Source of the DNA: an uncultured Clostridia bacterium
GTDB lineage: Bacteria > Bacillota > Clostridia > Christensenellales > Aristaeellaceae
Direction of reading: 5' to 3'
Assembly (NCBI GenBank): GCA_937874275.1
Contig: CALNAU010000101.1
Location: forward strand, 9,288-73,287
DNA length: 64,000 bases
Part shown: positions 34,932 through 43,340 of the stretch, in pieces
Layout: every line of letters begins with the position of its first letter
How positions within the stretch are numbered: the first letter of the stretch is position 1
Notes under the pieces: model-generated
Database searches by the model: none
What the model was told of the DNA's origin: nothing
The model's input: the letters and a program-made list of their open reading frames with translations, nothing else
Translations under genes and position numbers: made by a program

Positions 34932-36473
34932 TTATTTGGCGTACTCCACGCTGCGCGTCTCGCGGATGACGTTCACGCGGATTTGCCCGGGGAACTCCAT
35001 CTCCTTCTCGATGCGCTTGGCCACTTCCTTGGCCAGGATGCGGGTGCCGTCGTCGTTCACGTCGTCGGGCTTGACCAGAATACGCACCTCGCGGCCGGAC
35101 TGGATGGCGTAGGTCTTTTCCACGCCCTGGAAAGAATTGGCAATCTCCTCCAGCTTGGTCAGGCGCTTGATGTAGTTCTCCAGCGATTCGCGGCGGGCGC
35201 CGGGGCGCGCGGCGCTGATGGCGTCGGCAGCCTGCACCAGCACGGCCTCCACGGTGGTCGGGTCCACATCGTTGTGGTGGGCCAGAATCGCGTGGATGAC
35301 GTCGGGATGCTCGCGGTACTTGCGGGCCAGCTCCGCGCCCAGGGAGACGTGGGTGCCTTCCTGCTCATGGTCAACGGCCTTGCCCAGGTCATGCAGCAGG
35401 CCGGCCCGTTTGGCAATCTGCACATCGGCGCCCACTTCGGCGGCCATGAGGCCGGCCAGGTGGCTTACCTCGATGGAGTGCTTGAGCACATTCTGCCCAT
35501 AGCTGGTGCGGTATTTCATGCGGCCCAGCAGGCGCACAATTTCGGGGTGCAGGCCGTGCTGGCCGGTCTCAAAGACGGCCTGTTCGCCGGCTTCCTTGAC
35601 GGCCTCTTCCACGTCGCGCTTGGCCTTCTCCACCATCTCCTCAATGCGGGCGGGGTGGATGCGGCCGTCCTGCAGCAGCTTTTCAATGGCCAGGCGGGCG
35701 GTCTCGCGGCGGATGGGGTCAAAGGCCGATACGATGATGGCCTCGGGGGTGTCGTCGATGATGAGGTCAACGCCGGTGGCTGTCTCCAGCGCGCGGATGT
35801 TGCGGCCCTCACGGCCGATGATGCGGCCCTTCATATCGTCGTTGGGCAGGCTGATGACCGACACGGTGCTCTCGGCCACATGGTCGCTGGCACAGCGCTG
35901 GATGGCGGAGGCGATGATGTTGCGGGCCTTCTTGTCGCCCTCCTCGCGGGCCTTGAGCTCGATGTCGCGCACAAAGGCGGCGGCGTCATGGTAGGCTTCC
36001 TTCTGCACGCGGCTGATGATGATTTGGGTGGCCTCGTCGGCGGTGATGCCCGCGATGCGCTCCAGCTCCGTGCTCTGCATGCTTTTGAGGCGCTCGGCCT
36101 CGTCCAGCGCGGCCTGTATCTCTTCGGACTTCTGGTTGATGCGCTCCTCGCGCTTTTCCAGGTTGTCCAGCTTCTTGTCCAGGGTTTCCTCGCGCTGGGC
36201 CACGCGGCGCTCGCTGCGCTGCTGCTCGGCCCGGCGGTCATGGATTTCGCGGTCCAGGTCGGTTTTGAGGCGAAGCACCTCTTCCTTGGCTTCCAGGATT
36301 TTTTCTTTTCGTTGTTCTTCGGCTTTGCGGGTCGCGTCGTTGAGCAGGTCTGTGGCATACTGTTCGGCACGCCCGATTTTTTGTTCGGTCACTTGCTTGC
36401 GGTACATAAAGCCGGCGCCCGCGCCCACAGCACAGGTGGCCAGCGCAATCAGGATGACGGCGATAACTGGCAT
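34932..36473 (-). CDS. rny: ribonuclease Y
   Basis: Track ORF 34932..36539 trimmed to ATG 36473 behind AAAGGAGGAA. N-terminal TM helix, coiled coil, KH domain ([12 protein letters not shown]) and HD domain (LLHDLGKAV). Confidence 0.92.
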   Translation of the reverse strand: MPVIAVILIALATCAVGAGAGFMYRKQVTEQKIGRAEQYATDLLNDATRKAEEQRKEKILEAKEEVLRLKTDLDREIHDRRAEQQRSERRVAQREETLDKKLDNLEKREERINQKSEEIQAALDEAERLKSMQSTELERIAGITADEATQIIISRVQKEAYHDAAAFVRDIELKAREEGDKKARNIIASAIQRCASDHVAESTVSVISLPNDDMKGRIIGREGRNIRALETATGVDLIIDDTPEAIIVSAFDPIRRETARLAIEKLLQDGRIHPARIEEMVEKAKRDVEEAVKEAGEQAVFETGQHGLHPEIVRLLGRMKYRTSYGQNVLKHSIEVSHLAGLMAAEVGADVQIAKRAGLLHDLGKAVDHEQEGTHVSLGAELARKYREHPDVIHAILAHHNDVDPTTVEAVLVQAADAISAARPGARRESLENYIKRLTKLEEIANSFQGVEKTYAIQSGREVRILVKPDDVNDDGTRILAKEVAKRIEKEMEFPGQIRVNVIRETRSVEYAK

Positions 36474-36537
36474 ACGTTCCTCCTTTTCGGCAGATTTTTC
36501 TATCCGGGTCTTATTGATTTGATCATTCGTCCAACGC

Positions 36538-36566
36538 AAAAAGCCGCACGGAGCATTCCATACGGC
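36538..36566 (-). terminator. terminator-like hairpin plus U-run inside the nadD-rny spacer (attenuator or nadD-operon terminator)
   Basis: Minus strand: GCCGTATGG, loop AATGCT, CCGTGCGGC (two G-U pairs), followed by TTTTTG. Lies 65-93 nt upstream of the rny ATG. Confidence 0.45.
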
Positions 36567-36735
36567 CGCCTGCTGATTATCAACACGAAAAAGCTAACGT
36601 TCAGACAGTCCCTTGGGTGTCGTAGCAAACTGTATGAGGAAAGGCGCTGCGTGCGCAGCCAACCCATAAAGCCTGGTAGTGTATCAAAACAGCAAGCACA
36701 CCCAACCACCGGTCGGATGCCTGCCGGACACGTTC

Positions 36736-36765
36736 ATTCTAAAGGACGAACTCAACAAATGTCAA
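36736..36765 (-). promoter_or_regulatory. near-consensus sigma-A promoter overlapping the nadD stop codon, reading toward rny
   Basis: Minus strand: TTGACA (36765-60), 18-nt spacer, TAGAAT (36741-36). Implies a leader of about 255 nt before rny. Confidence 0.5.
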
Positions 36766-37370
36766 GTGACAAATTTGGCGCTTCTGTACAGGTCGTGCCG
36801 TTTGATATAGTCGGCCACCGGAGCGGGCACCAGGTGGTCAATGGGCTGCCCCTGCGCCACGGCTTCCCGCACCATGCTGGAGGAAATGGTGAGGCCCATG
36901 GTGCTCAGCAGGCGGCTTTCCAGACCGTAGTCGGTCAGCATGCGGTCTTGCAGGCGGGCCACTTCCGCGCGGTCATCGCCCGGGCGCAGCACCACGGCCA
37001 TGCGGCACAGTTTGGCCACCCGCTCGGCCGTGCGCCAGGTGGGGAACTGCGCCAGCGTGTCCGAGCCCACCAGGTACACCAGGTCCTGCTCGCCCATGGT
37101 CTGAAGGGCCAGCAGCGTATCCACGGTGTAGGTGCGGCCGGGGCGGCGCAGCTCCATGTCCGATATCAAAAAGCGCGGCTCCCCCTCGCAGGCCAGCTGG
37201 GCCATGCGCAGGCGGTCCTGCTTGCTCACGTTGGGCTGCTTGTGGGGCGGGTCGCCATCAGGCAAAAACAGGACGCGGTTCAGTGCCAGCTCGTCCAGCG
37301 CGGCGCGGGCTATCACCAGGTGCCCCAGGTGGATGGGGTCGAATGTGCCGCCCAGTATGCCCAGCGTCAT
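36762..37370 (-). CDS. nadD: nicotinate-nucleotide adenylyltransferase
   Basis: Track ORF 36762..37658 trimmed to ATG 37370, which shares an ATGA overlap with the addA stop. Motifs GILGGTFDPIHLGH and ISSSMVR. Confidence 0.9.
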   Translation of the reverse strand: MTLGILGGTFDPIHLGHLVIARAALDELALNRVLFLPDGDPPHKQPNVSKQDRLRMAQLACEGEPRFLISDMELRRPGRTYTVDTLLALQTMGEQDLVYLVGSDTLAQFPTWRTAERVAKLCRMAVVLRPGDDRAEVARLQDRMLTDYGLESRLLSTMGLTISSSMVREAVAQGQPIDHLVPAPVADYIKRHDLYRSAKFVT

Positions 37371-40300
37371 GAGGGGCCTCCCTGGGGGATGTAGCGGATG
37401 GGCTCCGCCTCCCGGATGGGCACAAATTGCCGGTGGTGGATGAGGTACAGGCACCCCTCGCGCACGGGGATGCCCGTGATGTCGCGCAGCGCGCGCATGT
37501 ACCAGCGCAGCTGGTCGCGATAGCGCAGGGCCAGCTGCGCGGGGTCGGCGCGGTCGGTCTTGTAGTCGATGACCACCCAGGCCCCATCCTCCATAAAGCA
37601 GCAGTCCAGCACGCCCTGCAGAATCATGCGCTCCTCCGCCATCAGGGAGAAGGGCCACTCCCGCTCCACCTGGGTGGCGGCCAGCAGGCGCTGGCCCATG
37701 GCGCTGCCGTAGAAGGCGCTTAGGGCGGCCACATCCACGGCCTCCCGCTCCTTGGGCAGCAGCACACCGGCCTGCTCCATGCGCGCCAGCTCCCGCACCA
37801 GGGCATCATATAGCGCTTGGCCGTGTTGGGCGCGCAAATTGTCCAGCGCCAGGCCGCCCATGGCCCGGTGGGTGGCCACACCCCGCTGCACGCCCAGCGC
37901 GCGGCGGGCACGCAGCTCGTCAAAGTCGGGCAGCGGCCGGGGCCCCTGCTCCAGCGGCAGGCGCTTGACGGGCGCGGTTTCCTCGATGGGGTCGGGCGAG
38001 CGCTGCACCAGCTGCGTGACCGACAGCTTGAGCGGGTGGCCGGGGAAGGCGGGCAGCGGCGCCAGCATCTCGCGGATGCGGTCGCTGGGCTGCTGCTGCG
38101 ACAGGCGCACGTCGGGCTGCTGCCCCTCCTGCGTGCCCGCGCCCAAGGTAGCCGCGCTGCGGTAGCTCACCTGCCAGCGACTGCCGTTGGGGGTGGTCCA
38201 CAGGGCGTCCAGCCCGCTTTCCAGTGCCGGCCACAGGCTGCCTCCCACCCACTCCAGCATGCTGTTGGCGTGAGCTGCGTCCTCGGCATTGGCCGCCATG
38301 GCCCAGCGCTTGCGCTCGCTGTCGGGCCGTCCGGGGGCGGAGAGCATTACCAGCCGCTCCCGCGCGCGGGTCATGGCCACGTACAGCAGCCGCGCCTCCT
38401 CGCTGCGGGTCTCCTGATCCATTTTCATCAAAATGCTGCGCCCTGCCAACGTGTGGTAGGTCATGCTCTGCGCCCGGTCAATCAGCTTGAGCGCCGGGCC
38501 CAGCTCCGCGTCCATCAGCAGCAGCTCGCCCTGGCTGCCCAGGCGGAAGCGCCGCGCCAGGTCGGGCAGAAACACCACCGGGAACTCCAGCCCCTTGGAT
38601 TTGTGGATGGTCATGATGCGCACCACATCCTCGCTGGCGCCCAGGGTGGCCGCGGCGCGGGTGGTATCCTGCTTGCGCGCCTGGGTGACACGGCTCAAAA
38701 AGCCGTGCAGTGTCTGCGGTTCGGGGTTGGGCCCGGCACGCTCGCACAGCAGGCGCAGGTTGGCGCGGCGCAGCTCGCCCTGGGGCTTGGCCCCGGCGCG
38801 GGCGTAGATGCCCGTCTCCCGCAGCAGGCCGCGGATAAAGCCCTCCAGCGGCATGTTTTCACACAAAAACCGCCAGCGCTCAAGCGTCTGCGCGGCGTGG
38901 GCCACGCGCGGGTCGCTGTCCGCCAGCGCGAAAAAGGCTTGGTGATAGGGCACGCGGCGGTCGGGGTGCGATGTGCGCACCCGCGCCAGCTCCTCCGGCG
39001 AAAACTCAAAGGGCGGGGCGGCCAGCACGCCCAGCAGGCGCTCGTCATCCAGCGGGTTATCCAGCACGTGCAGCAGGTTGAGGGCGTCCACCACCTCAAT
39101 CACGTCAAAGAATTGGTTGTCCGCATCCGAATACACCGGGATGCCGCGCGCGCGCAACACCTGGGCCATGCGCTCTGCCCGGCCGGAGGCGCTGCGCAGC
39201 AAAATGACCATATCCCGCCAGGTCAGCGCCCGCTGGGTATCGCCCTCTTGGATTTTGGTGCCGCGCAGGGCGGCCATGCGCTCGGCAATCAGCACGGCCT
39301 CGCGCTCGGTGCCGCCCAGCTGCTCGCCTTCCTCGTCCTGCTCCTCATCCTCGCCGGGGGGCAGTATCAGGTGCAGCTCCACCGCCGGGTCCTGTTGGCT
39401 GTGCGCGCCGGGGTACAGCTGCGCCTCGGCGTCGTAGTCAATCTCCAGCCCGCCGCCGCGCAGCGTGTGCTCAAACACATGGTTGACCGCCTGCAGAATA
39501 TTGTCCCGCGAGCGGAAGTTCTGGCTTAGGGTGATGACGCGCTCGGGCGCGTCGGGCGCCGGGTCAAAGGCGCTGTACTTGCGCAGGAACAGGCTGGGGT
39601 CGGCCAGGCGGAAACGGTAGATGCTCTGCTTTACGTCGCCCACCATGAACAGCGTGGCGTGGTCGCCGTGCAGGCGGCGGATGATGGCCTCCTGTATGCG
39701 GGAGATATCCTGATACTCGTCCACAAACAGCGCGTCGTACTGCTGGTGCACCTGATAGCGCACCTGCGGGTCATCCAGGCAGGCCAGGGCCAGCTGCTCC
39801 AGGTCCGGGTAGTCCCACAGCTGGCGTTCGGCCTTGTACTCGCCGTACAGCGCGTGCACCCGACGGGTCAGCGCCGCCAGCGCCCGCAGGGCGGGCAGCG
39901 TGTAGGCGATGTCGCCCAGCGCCTTTTCAAGCGCCTCCTCCCCCCGGGGCAGCGCGTCAAAGGCCGCCTTCAGGTGGTCCTTGAGCGCATCGCGCATCGC
40001 CTTGAACTGCTCGCGCAGCGCCGGGTCCTCCTGCTCGGGGGCCTTGGCGGTGGACAGCCGGGTCACCTGGGGCGACCATTCCGCCGGCAGGCTGCCCTTT
40101 TGCGCCAGATGCTCCGCCACGGCCAGCGCGGCCTCCAGGTCGGCCTGGGCGTTGCGCAGGTAGCGCGCAGGGCCGTCCGGCCGCTCGGCCAGGGCGATAC
40201 ACTGCCGGGCCAGGCTGGCCGCGGCTTTGGCCTCGCCGATGGCGGCCCGCAGGGCATAGCGGTACCAGGGCTGTTGCGCGGGAGGCTCCTCCGCCATGCG

Positions 40301-40858
40301 CGCCAGGTGGGCGTCTATCCAGGTCCAGGGCGCCTCCTGTGCCCGCAGAAAGCCGTACAGGCGGCGCAGCATGTCGTCTATCTGCGTATCCTTATACTGG
40401 TCAATCAGCTGCTGGCCGTCCGCGTCCGGGGTCTCGTACAGCAGCTCCATCTCCTCCTGCACGGCGCGGTCCAACAGGCCCTTGAGCAGCCCCTCATCGC
40501 CCACGCGGCCCATGGGGTCGGCATCCACGGCCTGAAAGTGCTGTTTGATGATTTTGATGCAGAATTGGTGCAGCGTGCTGATGTCGGCGCTGCCCAGCAG
40601 GTCGCGCTGCTTTTTGAGGGCGCGGTTCTGGCGCGCCTCGCGCGTCAGCGATTTTTGCAGCCGCTCGCGCATCTCGCTGGCGGCGGCGCGGGTAAAGGTG
40701 ACCACCAGCATGCGGTCGATGGTGGCGCCCGCGCGCAGCAGGCTCATCACCCGCTCGATCAGCACGGTGGTCTTGCCCGAGCCCGCCGCGGCGCTTACCA
40801 AAATGCTGCGGTTGCGCGCCTCAATGGCATCCAGCTGTTTGGGTGTCCAGTCAGGCAT
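37367..40858 (-). CDS. addA: ATP-dependent helicase/nuclease AddA-type (UvrD/Rep helicase fused to a PD-(D/E)XK nuclease)
   Basis: 1163 aa. Walker A SAAAGSGKTT, UvrD helicase motifs, and a C-terminal RecB-type nuclease motif VVIDYKTD. Confidence 0.8.
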   Translation of the reverse strand: MPDWTPKQLDAIEARNRSILVSAAAGSGKTTVLIERVMSLLRAGATIDRMLVVTFTRAAASEMRERLQKSLTREARQNRALKKQRDLLGSADISTLHQFCIKIIKQHFQAVDADPMGRVGDEGLLKGLLDRAVQEEMELLYETPDADGQQLIDQYKDTQIDDMLRRLYGFLRAQEAPWTWIDAHLARMAEEPPAQQPWYRYALRAAIGEAKAAASLARQCIALAERPDGPARYLRNAQADLEAALAVAEHLAQKGSLPAEWSPQVTRLSTAKAPEQEDPALREQFKAMRDALKDHLKAAFDALPRGEEALEKALGDIAYTLPALRALAALTRRVHALYGEYKAERQLWDYPDLEQLALACLDDPQVRYQVHQQYDALFVDEYQDISRIQEAIIRRLHGDHATLFMVGDVKQSIYRFRLADPSLFLRKYSAFDPAPDAPERVITLSQNFRSRDNILQAVNHVFEHTLRGGGLEIDYDAEAQLYPGAHSQQDPAVELHLILPPGEDEEQDEEGEQLGGTEREAVLIAERMAALRGTKIQEGDTQRALTWRDMVILLRSASGRAERMAQVLRARGIPVYSDADNQFFDVIEVVDALNLLHVLDNPLDDERLLGVLAAPPFEFSPEELARVRTSHPDRRVPYHQAFFALADSDPRVAHAAQTLERWRFLCENMPLEGFIRGLLRETGIYARAGAKPQGELRRANLRLLCERAGPNPEPQTLHGFLSRVTQARKQDTTRAAATLGASEDVVRIMTIHKSKGLEFPVVFLPDLARRFRLGSQGELLLMDAELGPALKLIDRAQSMTYHTLAGRSILMKMDQETRSEEARLLYVAMTRARERLVMLSAPGRPDSERKRWAMAANAEDAAHANSMLEWVGGSLWPALESGLDALWTTPNGSRWQVSYRSAATLGAGTQEGQQPDVRLSQQQPSDRIREMLAPLPAFPGHPLKLSVTQLVQRSPDPIEETAPVKRLPLEQGPRPLPDFDELRARRALGVQRGVATHRAMGGLALDNLRAQHGQALYDALVRELARMEQAGVLLPKEREAVDVAALSAFYGSAMGQRLLAATQVEREWPFSLMAEERMILQGVLDCCFMEDGAWVVIDYKTDRADPAQLALRYRDQLRWYMRALRDITGIPVREGCLYLIHHRQFVPIREAEPIRYIPQGGPS

Positions 40859-41783
40859 CGTGATCCTCCTGCGGCATGGCCACCAGGCGGTAGAGGTAGC
40901 CGTCCAGGTTGGTGCGCTGGGTTACCCGCAGCTGCCCGATGCCCAATTGCGCCATCACCTCGCGCAGTATCACCAGCCCGGTGGGCAAAATGTGCACCCG
41001 CGTGGGCGGCATGCCCGCCAGGCGCGCGCGCTCCTCCGGGGTCATTGCGGCCAGGCGCGTCAGCCAGCCCTGCACATCCTCCAGCGTCAGCGGGTGATCC
41101 TCCGGGGCCAATTTGTCGTAGGGGCGCTTGACCATCATGTTGGCCAGCGTGTTGCCCGTGCCGCCCACCAGCGTCCAGCCCCGCGGGGCCGGCACGCCTT
41201 CGCGCAGGCCGTCCGTCACCACTTGGCGCGCGATGGCGCGGGCGGCGGCCAGGCCCTGCTCGCCGTCCACCGGCTGGCGCTGCAACAGGCGGCTCGCGCC
41301 CAGCTGCATGCTGCGCGCGTAGCGCAGGCCGTGCAGGCAGTCGCCCACCGCCACCTCGGTGGACCCTCCGCCGATGTCAATCATCCCCTGCAGGCCCTCC
41401 TGGGGCGGCACGCAGCACGCGCCCAGGAAGCTCAGCTGCGCCTCCTCGTCACCCGAAATGATGCGGTTGACCAATATGGGTGCCAGCGCCGCGATATAAA
41501 AATCCAGCTCCGTGCGGTTGTGCGCGTCGCGCATGGCGCTGGTGGCAATCAGGCGGATTTCCTGCGCGCCCGCCTGGCGCGCCTCGTAGTGCAGCTTGCT
41601 CACCGCGCGGGCAGTGCGGTCCATGCCCGCCTCGCTGAAGCGCTTTTTATCATCCAGCGACAAAAAAAGCGCCGTCTCCTCCCGCCCGCGTACGGGCTGG
41701 GAGAGGGCGGCATCCAGGTTGGCCGTCAGCATCCTGACCGAGTTAGAGCCAATGGCAATCACGCCCATGCGTTTGATGCTCAT
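40851..41783 (-). CDS. Ppx/GppA family phosphatase
   Basis: Track ORF 40851..41825 trimmed to ATG 41783, which shares an ATGA overlap with the upstream stop. ASKHA-fold motifs (VIAIGSNSVRML, DIGGGSTE). Confidence 0.8.
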   Translation of the reverse strand: MSIKRMGVIAIGSNSVRMLTANLDAALSQPVRGREETALFLSLDDKKRFSEAGMDRTARAVSKLHYEARQAGAQEIRLIATSAMRDAHNRTELDFYIAALAPILVNRIISGDEEAQLSFLGACCVPPQEGLQGMIDIGGGSTEVAVGDCLHGLRYARSMQLGASRLLQRQPVDGEQGLAAARAIARQVVTDGLREGVPAPRGWTLVGGTGNTLANMMVKRPYDKLAPEDHPLTLEDVQGWLTRLAAMTPEERARLAGMPPTRVHILPTGLVILREVMAQLGIGQLRVTQRTNLDGYLYRLVAMPQEDHDA

Positions 41784-42142
41784 GGTGTGAAGGGCGCGCG
41801 GCTGGGCGGTGTCTCGGTGCCCCAAAGCACCTCGGGGTTGGTCACCACAAAGCGGATTTCGCCCGGCGCCAGGTAGCCGTATTGGGTGCGCGCCTCGTTG
41901 GCGATGAAGTCATCGGTGGCGGCCAGCTCCAGCTTGCTCGCCAGGTCGGACACCTCCTTTTGCTTCATGCTCACCAGGTAGCTGCCCTCCTCCACCATGC
42001 CGCGCAGCTGCTCAATGCCGCGGTTCAGGTTGTTGTTGATTACGCTGAACACGGCCACCACGATGATCATGGCGGTGACGACGACGATGCCGGGCACCTG
42101 TTTGTAACGCAGCTTGTAAAGCTGACGGCGTTTGCGGGGCAT
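41780..42142 (-). CDS. septum formation initiator family protein (FtsB/DivIC-type)
   Basis: Track ORF 41780..42334 trimmed to ATG 42142 behind GGGAGG. Single TM helix, coiled coil and a conserved tail (IANEARTQYGYLAPGEIRF). Confidence 0.65.
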   Translation of the reverse strand: MPRKRRQLYKLRYKQVPGIVVVTAMIIVVAVFSVINNNLNRGIEQLRGMVEEGSYLVSMKQKEVSDLASKLELAATDDFIANEARTQYGYLAPGEIRFVVTNPEVLWGTETPPSRAPFTP

Positions 42143-42178
42143 GGGGACCTCCCGTGAGCAATCTGATGTCTTGATGTG

Positions 42179-42187
42179 ATTATACCA
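42179..42187 (-). promoter_or_regulatory. extended -10 element upstream of the divIC-ppx-addA-nadD gene string
   Basis: Minus strand TGgTATAAT (TATAAT at 42184-79). I see no good -35 element. Confidence 0.35.
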
Positions 42188-42238
42188 TATCGCACGGACG
42201 GGGGAATACGCAAGCGGCTTGCGCAGTTCAATTCCTGT

Positions 42239-42267
42239 TTGACGGGGCTTTGTAATCTTTGTATACT
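42239..42267 (+). promoter_or_regulatory. predicted promoter of the SDR gene
   Basis: TTGACG (42239-44), 17-nt spacer, TATACT (42262-67). Confidence 0.45.
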
Positions 42268-42309
42268 GCGTTTTGAAAACCGCGCAACATATGAGAGTAG
42301 AGCAGCGAT

Positions 42310-43047
42310 ATGTATAATACAGTCGATAAACCATGCGTTGTGGTGACCGGCCCCGCCCACGGCATCGGCCGGGCGATTGCTGAGGCGTTTTCCGCCGAAG
42401 GCTGGTTGGTGGCGGGCATTGATACGCAGGAGTCGGACGCGCCGTGTGATTTCTTCATGCGGGGCGATATTGGCGCCCCGGCCGTGCTGGAGCAGTTCGC
42501 TGCAGAGGTTGTCGCGCGCTATGGCACCGTGCACGCGCTGGTGAACAACGCCATGCGGACGCGGGGCGGCCTGCCGGACTGCGGGTGGGAGGATTTTATC
42601 CAGGCGCAGCGGGTGGGCGTGGCGGCGCCCTACTACCTCACCCGGCTGCTCGCGCCGCACTTCGCGCCGGGGGCCAGCGTGGTCAACATCACCTCCACCC
42701 GGGCCATCCAATCCCAGGCGGGCACGGAGAGCTACAGCGCCGCCAAGGGCGGCTTGACGGCGCTGACCCACGCGCTGGCGGTATCCCTGCGGGGCCGGGC
42801 GCGGGTAAACGCCATCGCCCCCGGCTGGATTGACACCACGGGTGAAACCTTTACAGGCCCGGATGCTACCCAGCACCCGGCGGGCCGCGTGGGCAAACCC
42901 TCGGATATCGCCCAGGCGGCGCTGTACCTGTGCTCGCCCGCCGCCTCCTTCATCACCGGGCAGACGCTGGTGGTGGATGGCGGCATGAGCCGGTTGATGG
43001 TATATCACGGGGATGAGGGATGGACATACAATCAAGGCAATCGCTGA
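42310..43047 (+). CDS. SDR family oxidoreductase
   Basis: 245 aa. Cofactor motif VVTGPAHGIGRAI and catalytic YSAAK. Confidence 0.8.
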   Translation: MYNTVDKPCVVVTGPAHGIGRAIAEAFSAEGWLVAGIDTQESDAPCDFFMRGDIGAPAVLEQFAAEVVARYGTVHALVNNAMRTRGGLPDCGWEDFIQAQRVGVAAPYYLTRLLAPHFAPGASVVNITSTRAIQSQAGTESYSAAKGGLTALTHALAVSLRGRARVNAIAPGWIDTTGETFTGPDATQHPAGRVGKPSDIAQAALYLCSPAASFITGQTLVVDGGMSRLMVYHGDEGWTYNQGNR

Positions 43048-43252
43048 CGGCGATTGCCTTGGTGGGTCAAAACTGCGCCATTGACTTCGTTTTGACCTGG
43101 GGGTGCAGTTTTCGCTGCGCTGTCGCGCGGCCGCGAAAACTGAGCGGTAGGCATTTCACTCGCTACAGGGCAAGCGCTGGCTCGTGAAATGCCTGCGTTT
43201 CCGGCGTACATGCCGCCGGAAACGATTTCAGTTGGAGGGCGTTCCCTCCAAC
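43033..43252 (+). other. array of six consecutive, sequence-unrelated perfect hairpins
   Basis: Stems at 43033-44/43050-61, 43065-73/43089-97, 43106-15/43133-42, 43150-59/43184-93, 43196-206/43214-24 and 43231-39/43244-52. Each stem is 9-12 bp with no mismatch. Confidence 0.7.
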
Positions 43253-43340
43253 ACCACCCCCAATCGCCTGATTGCACAGACTACTCAATTGCATCACAAC
43301 CGGCACAACAGGGGTTGACTTTTCAAAAGGAGATTTCGCC

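Noticed and set aside
43033-43252. Possible CRISPR array or tandem repeat in the hairpin-rich spacer.
   Set aside because: The six palindromes share no common repeat sequence, have no regular period, and have no unique spacers between identical repeats. No cas genes are in the window.
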